DNA from: Psychrobacter sp. HD31
Lineage (GTDB): Bacteria > Pseudomonadota > Gammaproteobacteria > Pseudomonadales > Moraxellaceae
Assembly (NCBI RefSeq): GCF_051097895.1
Contig: NZ_CP142525.1
Span: 30,001-62,000, forward strand
Direction of reading: 5' to 3'
Length of the DNA: 32,000 nucleotides
Part shown: piece by piece, positions 1-6,842 of the stretch
Position numbering within the stretch: the first letter of the stretch is position 1
How the letters are laid out: each line of letters starts with the position of its first letter
The notes under the pieces: generated by a model
Told to the model about the DNA's origin: nothing
Database searches by the model: none
Seen by the model: only the letters and a program-made list of their open reading frames with translations
Made by a program: the position numbers and the translations under genes

Positions 1-495
1 TACAACCTATTTGATGGTCAAAAATATTCAACCTCAGATTATGCGGTGATGGATGAAGATGGCTATTACTTTATTTTAGGTCGTACCGATGATGTTATTA
101 ACGTTGCGGGTCACCGATTAGGCACCAAAGAAATCGAAGAAGCAATTAGCCAACACAAACAGGTTGCAGAGTCTGCAGTTGTCGGTACTCACGATGATCT
201 TAAAGGTGAGCTACCGGTTGCCTATGTGGTGATTAGAGACCATGATATGGTTGAAGAAACGGAATCTCGATTCCGATTAGAGCAAGAAATCATTGGAGAA
301 GTCGTTAAAAGTTTAGGTGCATTGGCTCGGCCCGCTGCAGTGTATTTCCCAACACACCTTCCTAAAACTCGTTCAGGTAAAATTTTACGCCGTTCTATCC
401 GTGCTCTAGCTGAAGGTCGTGATGTGGGTGATATTTCAACCATTGATGATCCAACAGCCATTGATGCGGTTAAGCAGGCGATGGAAGATTACTAA
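1..495 (+). CDS. prpE: Propionate--CoA ligase (acyl-CoA synthetase family), C-terminal fragment; the 5' end lies outside the window
   Basis: Frame 1 is open from base 1 (YNLFDGQKYSTSDYAVMDEDGYYFILGRTDDVINVAGHRLGTKEIEE...), so the ORF-track Met at 46 is internal. The C-terminus LPKTRSGKILRRSIRALAEGRDVGDISTIDDP..QAME closely matches my memory of the E. coli PrpE C-terminus. Confidence 0.8.
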   Translation, partial: YNLFDGQKYSTSDYAVMDEDGYYFILGRTDDVINVAGHRLGTKEIEEAISQHKQVAESAVVGTHDDLKGELPVAYVVIRDHDMVEETESRFRLEQEIIGEVVKSLGALARPAAVYFPTHLPKTRSGKILRRSIRALAEGRDVGDISTIDDPTAIDAVKQAMEDY

Positions 496-525
496 TTTAG
501 CTATTGTTTATGGTAAAAATTAAAT

Positions 526-554
526 AAAGCTGAGCCAAGGGTTCAGCTTTTAAT
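526..554 (+). terminator. Rho-independent terminator after prpE
   Basis: GCTGAGCC (529-536) pairs with GGTTCAGC (540-547), with one G.U pair and a 3-nt loop, and is followed by TTTT. Confidence 0.6.
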
Positions 555-614
555 AAACAATTATTAGCATGGTGATAAACACACCTTTAATCCATAAGAC
601 AAGGAATGTAACTT

Positions 615-2111
615 ATGTCAGATGTAAAAACAGTCAAACAGCTTATCAATGGTCAGTTTGTCGAGTCCAACACCAGCGAGTGGATTGACCTAACCAACCC
701 AGCCAACCAAGAGCTGATTGCCAAAGTACCCCAAACCACCCAAGACGAAATTAATGAAGCGGTGGCGTGTGCCAAAGAGGCATTTAAAACGTGGCGTAAA
801 ACCGCTGTCACTAAACGTGCAGGGATTTTCTTAAAGTATCAACAGCTGATTAATGAACATATGGATGAATTGGCTGAGATGTTGACCGAAGAACAAGGCA
901 AAACCATTGCCGATGCTAGGGGCGATGTATTCCGTGGCTTGCAAGTGGTGGAGCATGCAGCAGGGATTGGCAATTTACAACAGGGTGATTTTGTTGAAAA
1001 TGTGGCAACGGGCGTCGATACTTATAGCATTTGGCAACCGCTGGGCGTTTGTGCTGGTATTACGCCGTTTAACTTCCCTGCGATGATTCCACTCTGGATG
1101 TACCCAATGGCGATTGCCACTGGTAATACTTTTGTCTTGAAGCCCTCTGAGCAGAATCCAATGGTGACCATGCGTTTGATTGAGCTTGCCATTGAAGCAG
1201 GTGTGCCAGAAGGCGTACTGAATGTGGTACACGGCGGTAAGCCAACGGTCGATGCGATTTGTGACCACCCTGATATTAAGGCAGTGTCGTTTGTTGGTTC
1301 GACGGCAGTTGGTACGCATGTTTATAACCGTTCAAATGCCGCTGGCAAGCGTGTGCAGTGCATGATGGGAGCAAAAAACCATGCGGTCATTCTACCTGAC
1401 GCCAATAAAGAACAAACTCTAAACCAGTTAGCTGGGGCAGCATTCGGTGCGGCAGGACAGCGTTGTATGGCGCTGTCTGTGGTTGTGCTGGTTGGTCAAG
1501 CAAAAGACTGGGTAGAAGATATTAAAACCAAGGCAGCAAGCTTAGTGGTTGCTGCTGGTAAAGATGACAAAGACTTAGGTCCATTGATTTCACAAAAAGC
1601 GAAGGAACGCTGTGAAAAACTGATTCAACAAGGCGTGGACGAAGGGGCTGAGCTATTGCTAGACGGTCGTGGTGTGGTGGTTGAAGGCTCAGAAAATGGT
1701 AACTTCGTTGGTCCTACTATTTTAAATAATGTCACCAAAGAGATGACCTGCTATACACAAGAAATCTTTGGTCCTGTGTTATGTATCATGTATGTCGATA
1801 GCTTGGATGATGCGATTGAGCTGGTTAATGCCAATCCAAACGGCAATGGTACGGCCATCTTTACTCAATCTGGGGCAGCCGCTCATAAATTCCAGTCGGA
1901 TATTGATGTTGGTCAAGTAGGCATTAACTTGCCAATTCCAGTACCTCTACCAATGTTCTCATTCTCTGGCTCTCGTGCCAGTAAGCTGGGTGATTTAGGA
2001 CCTTATGGTAAACAAGCGGTTCAATTCTATACGCAAACCAAGACGGTCACGGCTCGTTGGTTTGATGATGAAGCGAGTAAGGGTAAAGTAAATACCACGA
2101 TTTCGATGTAA
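615..2111 (+). CDS. mmsA: Methylmalonate-semialdehyde dehydrogenase (CoA-acylating)
   Basis: 498 aa aldehyde dehydrogenase with [10 protein letters not shown] and the catalytic-Cys context GQRCMALS. The AAGGAA RBS lies 8 nt upstream of the ATG. It sits in a valine-catabolism gene context. Confidence 0.93.
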   Translation: MSDVKTVKQLINGQFVESNTSEWIDLTNPANQELIAKVPQTTQDEINEAVACAKEAFKTWRKTAVTKRAGIFLKYQQLINEHMDELAEMLTEEQGKTIADARGDVFRGLQVVEHAAGIGNLQQGDFVENVATGVDTYSIWQPLGVCAGITPFNFPAMIPLWMYPMAIATGNTFVLKPSEQNPMVTMRLIELAIEAGVPEGVLNVVHGGKPTVDAICDHPDIKAVSFVGSTAVGTHVYNRSNAAGKRVQCMMGAKNHAVILPDANKEQTLNQLAGAAFGAAGQRCMALSVVVLVGQAKDWVEDIKTKAASLVVAAGKDDKDLGPLISQKAKERCEKLIQQGVDEGAELLLDGRGVVVEGSENGNFVGPTILNNVTKEMTCYTQEIFGPVLCIMYVDSLDDAIELVNANPNGNGTAIFTQSGAAAHKFQSDIDVGQVGINLPIPVPLPMFSFSGSRASKLGDLGPYGKQAVQFYTQTKTVTARWFDDEASKGKVNTTISM

Positions 2112-2247
2112 TATTTTACCCAAAAACTTAATCTACCCTATATTATGAGGGGTCAAAGTTGCTCAAGGTACTTCATGTATATTTTCGCTTCTTTTCCTCG
2201 GTATATTAATTTTTGGATTTGATATAGATATTTTATAAAATAAACTT

Positions 2248-2273
2248 GTGCGACTTGATAGGTTAAGTCGCAC
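2248..2273. other. Perfect 9-bp stem hairpin in the long mmsA-downstream spacer
   Basis: GTGCGACTT (2248-2256) and AAGTCGCAC (2265-2273) flank an 8-nt loop. There is no U-tract, so it is not a canonical terminator. Confidence 0.5.
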
Positions 2274-2399
2274 GGATTCAGTCTTATCATGTCATTAGGG
2301 ATTTTCGTGGAGATTTTTAATGAGGTGGTGAGGTTTTATTAAATTTGGTACCAGTGGTGGTACCCGAACAGATACGCAGTCTTTTAATGACTACATCAT

Positions 2400-2475
2400 A
2401 AACCCTTTCTAACTCTTAAAGAAAGTGGAAAACTGTACCCCATACTTTAACAAGTTTAGTTGTCAACAACAAAGC
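2400..2475 (+). repeat. Decayed direct copy of the DUF559 cassette's right inverted repeat plus ~40 bp of its downstream flank
   Basis: A hand alignment with 2997-3075 shows shared blocks AAACCC, CTAAC, AAAGTGGA, AACTG, (T/C)ACCCC, TA.TTT and AACAAAG in the same order, with a few small gaps. Confidence 0.6.
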
Positions 2476-2492
2476 TAGACTTTCGAGCGGAC

Positions 2493-2527
2493 GTTCCTCC
2501 ACTTTTCAAGGGGAGGCTAGGAGGGGT
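2493..2527 (+). repeat. Left inverted repeat of the DUF559 cassette
   Basis: The sequence is GTTCCTCCACTTTTCAAGGGGAGGCTAGGAGGGGT. It also forms an internal hairpin, CCTCCACTT-TTC-AAGGGGAGG (9-bp stem, 1 mismatch). Confidence 0.85.
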
Positions 2528-2595
2528 TGACGAAGTTGGTTAGAAACAAAACTAGCCAGCCTCAAGAAACCTCCCAAAAAAACAGGAAAACCAAA

Positions 2596-2988
2596 ATGAT
2601 TGACAAAGTCTTTAATAAAAAAGACCAAAAATCAAAACGCAAACAACTAAGAAACAACGCCACCAGTCCAGAACAAATATTATGGCAATATCTGAAAGGA
2701 AAACAACTTGGCGTAAAATTTAGAAGACAATCTGGAATTGATGAATACATTGTAGATTTCTTCTCACCAGAAATTAAACTGGCTATCGAAATAGATGGTG
2801 AAAGTCATTTTAATGATGAAGCAAAACAATATGATGAACTTAGAACAGAATTTATCAACTCACTAAATATAGAAGTCATCAGATTTACAAATAAAGATGT
2901 AACTCAAAATATAATGGGCGTTTGTCAGGCAATAAGAGCAGTTATTAGCAGAAAACTGTTAGAACAGCAAATTCAGCTTAATGAATAA
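2596..2988 (+). CDS. DUF559 domain protein (Vsr/restriction-endonuclease-like fold)
   Basis: The motifs are family-typical: ATSPEQILWQYLKG..LGVKFRRQ, YIVDFF, LAIEIDGESH, YDELRTEF and VIRFTNKDV. I prefer the ATG at 2596 (AGGAAA RBS ~9 nt upstream) over the ORF-track TTG at 2527, which lies inside the left IR. Confidence 0.8.
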   Translation: MIDKVFNKKDQKSKRKQLRNNATSPEQILWQYLKGKQLGVKFRRQSGIDEYIVDFFSPEIKLAIEIDGESHFNDEAKQYDELRTEFINSLNIEVIRFTNKDVTQNIMGVCQAIRAVISRKLLEQQIQLNE

Positions 2989-2998
2989 GCTAACAAAA

Positions 2999-3033
2999 AC
3001 CCCTCCTAACCTCCCCTTGAAAAGTGGAGGAAC
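2999..3033 (+). repeat. Right inverted repeat of the DUF559 cassette
   Basis: The sequence is ACCCCTCCTAACCTCCCCTTGAAAAGTGGAGGAAC, the reverse complement of 2493-2527 except for one position (C2517 vs T). Confidence 0.85.
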
Positions 3034-3143
3034 TGGCACCCCGTATTTTGCGTTGTTCAGTTTTTAAAAACAAAGATTGACTATCTTACTTACTAAAGAT
3101 AAAAAATGTAAACCATTTAAACCCACAACACAAGGATACCCCA

Positions 3144-4310
3144 ATGAATTTTTCTCTAAACGAAGACCAGCAAGCCTTTGCTGAACTTGCCAGCAACTTC
3201 GCCAGCAAATCAATGGCACCCTTTGCAGATGAATGGGACAAAACGGCTCACTTCCCAGTCGAGATGTTTAAAGAAGCAGGTGAACTTGGTTTCCTCGGCT
3301 TATACACCAACGAAGAAGTTGGTGGTATGGGCTTATCACGCTTAGATTCCTCCATCATCTTTGAAAAGCTTGCCTACGGTGACACCTCAGCAGCTGCCTT
3401 TATGACCATTCACAACATGGTCGCTTGGATGATTGGTGAATTTGCCAAACCAGAAGTTGCCGAAGCGTGGATTCCAGACATGATGACAGGTGATAAGCTT
3501 GGCAGTTATTGCCTAACGGAACCAAATGCAGGCTCAGACGCAGGCTCACTGACCACCAAAGCGGTGAAATCAGACGATGGCAAACACTACTTGCTCACGG
3601 GGCAAAAAATGTTTATCTCTGGTGCTGGAGCGACCGACGTACTGGTGGTCATGGCTCGCACAGGTGAAGACGGCGCAAAAGGCATTTCTGCATTTGTTGT
3701 CGACGCCAAAGCAGAAGGCATCACCTATGGCAAAAATGAACATAAAATGGGCTGGAAAAACCAACCCACTGCCGCCGTACATTTTAAAGACGTGAAAGTA
3801 CCTGCCAAAAACTTACTGGGCGAAGAAGGACAAGGCTTTACCTTTGCCATGAAGGGCTTAGACGGTGGGCGTATCAACATCGCCACTTGTGCAGTGGGGA
3901 CGGCTCAAGCCGCTCTGGAACGTGCCGTACAATATGTACAGGAACGTAGCCAGTTTGGACGTACACTGGATAAATTCCAAAACGTGCAGTTCAAACTTGC
4001 CGATATGCTAACCGAACTCACTGCCGCACGGCAAATGGTCAGACTGGCAGCATACCACCTAGACACAGGCAGTCCAGACGCCAGTAGCTATTGTGCAATG
4101 GCAAAACGATTAGCGACCGACCTCAGCTTTAAAGTGGCGAATGAAGCCCTACAGCTGCACGGTGGTTATGGCTATCTGCAAGAATACCCACTCGAACGCC
4201 ATGTGCGTGACTTGCGTGTCCACCAAATCCTTGAAGGCACCAATGAAGTGATGCGACTCATCGTCTCTCGTAAAATGATGGATATGGATACTTTAAAAAG
4301 AATGCAGTAA
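3144..4310 (+). CDS. Acyl-CoA dehydrogenase (isobutyryl-CoA dehydrogenase by context)
   Basis: 388 aa with YCLTEPNAGSDA and the C-terminal LHGGYGYLQEYPLERHVRDLRVHQILEGTNE. The AAGGA RBS lies 7 nt upstream. Substrate assignment is from operon context only. Confidence 0.88.
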   Translation: MNFSLNEDQQAFAELASNFASKSMAPFADEWDKTAHFPVEMFKEAGELGFLGLYTNEEVGGMGLSRLDSSIIFEKLAYGDTSAAAFMTIHNMVAWMIGEFAKPEVAEAWIPDMMTGDKLGSYCLTEPNAGSDAGSLTTKAVKSDDGKHYLLTGQKMFISGAGATDVLVVMARTGEDGAKGISAFVVDAKAEGITYGKNEHKMGWKNQPTAAVHFKDVKVPAKNLLGEEGQGFTFAMKGLDGGRINIATCAVGTAQAALERAVQYVQERSQFGRTLDKFQNVQFKLADMLTELTAARQMVRLAAYHLDTGSPDASSYCAMAKRLATDLSFKVANEALQLHGGYGYLQEYPLERHVRDLRVHQILEGTNEVMRLIVSRKMMDMDTLKRMQ

Positions 4311-4336
4311 GGCGTGGGCTTTACCCATCTTAAGCT

Positions 4337-4559
4337 AACAATTTTAAATATTTTGAAGCGGAAACCTGCTTTTCGCTTGTATCTTGCTACCCGATGGCGT
4401 TGCTCTCTATGGCTAAGTGCGTTTCAGACTTTGAGCAATCACCCTTAGCCATGTTCGCAATAGCCATCGGTCACACAAGGTGAGGAGGGAAATAGCGAAG
4501 CACTGCTTCGCCCCGACGCAAGGGAAAATTTGTAATTTTCCGCTTCAATCAGGGCTAAG
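4337..4559 (+). repeat. Structured intergenic repeat, copy A (MITE-like, no ORF)
   Basis: It is homologous to 8051-8219. It has perfect 12-bp terminal inverted repeats TTGAAGCGGAAA (4353-4364) and TTTCCGCTTCAA (4537-4548), and a central ~80-nt hairpin at 4391-4470. Confidence 0.75.
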
Positions 4560-4664
4560 TTCAACACCTCGTATTTTTTTGAATGTGTTTGGCTGTTTGA
4601 GGTAGGATTTTTTAAAGGTGCTTAAAAAGCACTCTAAAACTAACATCTTATAATAGGGATATTT

Positions 4665-5063
4665 ATGAAAAACCAAATCATCACATCTTTGACTTTCCAA
4701 GATGGAAATGCTGAAAACGCTATGAACTTTTATGTTGAGGTATTTGCAAACGCTCATATCATTAATGTGAACAGATGGGGTGAAAATGCACCTGTTGCAG
4801 AAGGTAAAATCATGCAAGCCACCTTTGAGATTAATGGCACTATCTTTATGTGTAGTGATAGCCCAGCGATACATAATTGGGATTTTAGCCCAGCTGTTTC
4901 AAATTACCTAGAATGTGATAATGAAGCTGAAATAGCTACTTTATTCTCGAAACTTTCTGAAAATGGCACTGTTACAATGCCATTAGACAACTATGGATTT
5001 AGTCAAAAATTTGCTTGGGTACTAGACCAATTTGGGGTGTCTTGGCAATTAAATTTGGCTTAA
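4665..5063 (+). CDS. VOC-superfamily protein, PhnB-like (3-demethylubiquinone-9 3-methyltransferase-domain family)
   Basis: 132 aa with ITSLTFQDGNAENAMNFYVEVF...ATFEINGTIFMCSDSP...DQFGVSWQLN, the pattern I associate with PhnB/PF06983 proteins. The AGGGA RBS lies 6 nt upstream. It is AT-richer than the flanking operon genes. Confidence 0.65.
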   Translation: MKNQIITSLTFQDGNAENAMNFYVEVFANAHIINVNRWGENAPVAEGKIMQATFEINGTIFMCSDSPAIHNWDFSPAVSNYLECDNEAEIATLFSKLSENGTVTMPLDNYGFSQKFAWVLDQFGVSWQLNLA

Positions 5064-5154
5064 ATATTTCTACAATAAATTATGTTTTTAAAGAGTTGAA
5101 CTGAGTATTAACGCACCAATAAAATAACATTAATCAAACCAAAAGGAAAACAAC

Positions 5155-5934
5155 ATGACGGACTACACCAACCTAGACCTATCAATAAACGGACATATCG
5201 CTAACCTCACTTTAAACAATCCACCAGCACACACATGGACACTCGACAGCCTAAAATCACTCAAACAACTTGTGGCAGACTTAAACGCCAATAAAAGCGT
5301 GCAAGCCCTAGTTATTCATGGTGATGGCGAAAAGTTCTTTAGTGCAGGGGCAGACCTAAATAGCTTTGCCAGTACAGACAAAGCACCAGCCACCGATATG
5401 GCGATTGCCTTTGGCGAAGCCTTTGAAGCACTATCAAACTTCCGTGGTGTTTCTATTGCCTGTATCAATGGTTATGCGATGGGAGGCGGACTTGAGTTTG
5501 CCCTAGCCTGTGACATTCGCATTGCCGAAGACCACGCCCAAATGGCACTGCCAGAACTGTCAGTTGGCTTGCTTCCTTGTGCTGGCGGTACACAAAACTT
5601 ACCTTGGTTAGTCGGTGAAGGCTGGGCAAAACGCATGATTTTATGTGGTGAGCGTATCAAGGCAGATAAAGCCTTACAAATTGGGCTGGTCGAAGAAGTG
5701 GTAGAAAAAGGCAAAGGGCTAGAAAATGCCCTCGCACTTGCCGAAAAGGTCGCCAAGCAATCACCCGATGCCATCGCTTCAAGTAAAAACCTCATCCAAT
5801 CGGCACGCACCAATCCACCACGCTATAATCTAATCAATGAGCGTGAAGACTTTATCAAACTATGGGACGGCGAAAACCAAATGGAAGGCGTGAATGCGTT
5901 TTTAGAAAAACGACCTGCTGAGTGGAAGGTTTAG
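5155..5934 (+). CDS. Enoyl-CoA hydratase (crotonase family; methacrylyl-CoA hydratase by context)
   Basis: 259 aa with FFSAGADL and GYAMGGGLEFALACDIRIA. The AAGGAAAA RBS is present. Confidence 0.88.
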   Translation: MTDYTNLDLSINGHIANLTLNNPPAHTWTLDSLKSLKQLVADLNANKSVQALVIHGDGEKFFSAGADLNSFASTDKAPATDMAIAFGEAFEALSNFRGVSIACINGYAMGGGLEFALACDIRIAEDHAQMALPELSVGLLPCAGGTQNLPWLVGEGWAKRMILCGERIKADKALQIGLVEEVVEKGKGLENALALAEKVAKQSPDAIASSKNLIQSARTNPPRYNLINEREDFIKLWDGENQMEGVNAFLEKRPAEWKV

Positions 5935-5940
5935 CATCAT

Positions 5941-6420
5941 ATGGCATTGATTCATGAGTTTACAACAGCCAAACAAGCTGATATTCAAAAAATCTTAGAG
6001 AATGTCAACTTACTAAGGGATGCAAGTGTTGTATCCCCAGTGGTTGGTATTCATGATGATTTTATCTTGTATTTTGCAGATTCGATGAAGTGGATAGAAA
6101 CTACTAATCCTAGAAAAAAGCCGGAAGAGCATATACCCCATCAGAGCTTATGCTACTATGGTCTTACTCTATTTCTACCTAATCAAGTGACGCAGTTTAA
6201 ACGTGTTATTGAAGCTTGGTATAGTATGTTTAGCCTAGCACCAGATGAGTTTATTATAACTGGTAGTTGGACAGAAGTTGTCGGTGAAGAAAATAGTGGT
6301 AAATATGACAAAATTAAAGCAATCAAAGCTGAAATTTTAGAAACATTATCAGAGCTAATTCAACTTTGTGTAGACGTGGAAAAAGATGACAGTTTGTGTT
6401 TATTCCATTGGGGAATTTGA
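5941..6420 (+). CDS. Hypothetical protein (no family recognised)
   Basis: 159-aa ORF starting 6 nt after the hydratase stop, with GGAAGG ~12 nt upstream. It is AT-richer than its neighbours, and I recognise no motifs. Confidence 0.5.
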   Translation: MALIHEFTTAKQADIQKILENVNLLRDASVVSPVVGIHDDFILYFADSMKWIETTNPRKKPEEHIPHQSLCYYGLTLFLPNQVTQFKRVIEAWYSMFSLAPDEFIITGSWTEVVGEENSGKYDKIKAIKAEILETLSELIQLCVDVEKDDSLCLFHWGI

Positions 6421-6811
6421 TAAAAACGCTATTCGATGAAGCGGTAGATGCTCTAAATACTGACACGTAGTCTTATCAGATGAAGAAAGTAAACTTATCG
6501 TTGATAAATTTGAAAGTTCATTCCCATTTTTATTGACTGGAAGTGGCAAAATTGATTGGAATAATATCCAGAAATATCAAACTATTAATACAATTTCTGA
6601 TATCTTATCAATCTAAAGTTACTCAATATCTAAAAACTGCTTTATTATATGGAATGACTCCTCTTTAGCAGTTATTCAAAGCAAATTAAGCCACGTCATA
6701 ACTGTATTTGATGATATAACAACAGTGAGTTTTGACACTTGGATATTTATTCCTGAGACAAACAATGTGATTGAAAACACATTTGGCAGTTTAAAAATTA
6801 CAACAAATTAA
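6417..6811 (+). pseudogene. Broken small gene (one frameshift near 6461-6470 and one in-frame TAA at 6614)
   Basis: Frame 0 reads (L)IKTLFDEAVDALNTDT* (6417-6470). The frame of 6464 then reads HVVLSDEESKLIVDKFESSFPFLLTGSGKIDWNNIQKYQTINTISDILSI*SYSISKNCFIIWNDSSLAVIQSKLSHVITVFDDITTVSFDTWIFIPETNNVIENTFGSLKITTN*. The text is protein-like across the disruptions. Its start overlaps the upstream stop (TTGA). Confidence 0.5.
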
Positions 6812-6842
6812 AGTTCGAATTTAATTTAACAAGGAAATAACG

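Larger units (their letters stand above)
2493..3033 (+). mobile_element. Inverted-repeat-bounded DUF559 nuclease cassette (candidate selfish/mobile unit; mobility not demonstrated)
   Basis: 35-bp arms at 2493-2527 and 2999-3033 are reverse complements at 34/35 positions. The single AT-rich ORF between them contrasts with the GC-rich arms. The cassette is inserted inside an otherwise coherent catabolic operon. Confidence 0.5.

Noticed and set aside
2112-2399. This could be the eroded DUF559 coding interior of the older cassette copy. One frame reads FGFDIDIL (compare AIEIDGES) and another VVPEQIRSLL (compare VCQAIRAVI), with similar spacing.
   Set aside because: The peptide matches are short, lie in different frames and are full of stops. 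The nucleotide identity is weak in AT-rich sequence. I mention it only as a possibility under the decayed-copy finding.
4471-4500. The purine-rich segment of repeat copy A (CAAGGTGAGGAGGGAAATAGCGAAG) resembles the inner end of the DUF559 left IR (CAAGGGGAGGCTAGGAGGGGTTGACGAAG). This hints that the two repeat families might be related.
   Set aside because: The alignment needs a 5-nt gap and rests on low-complexity GA-rich sequence. I cannot distinguish it from chance by eye.
4545-4874. A 109-aa minus-strand ORF spans the end of repeat copy A and the start of the PhnB-like gene.
   Set aside because: It overlaps a plus-strand ORF with recognisable family motifs and a good RBS. Its sequence is Cys/Phe/Leu-rich, as expected from antisense translation of AT-rich DNA.
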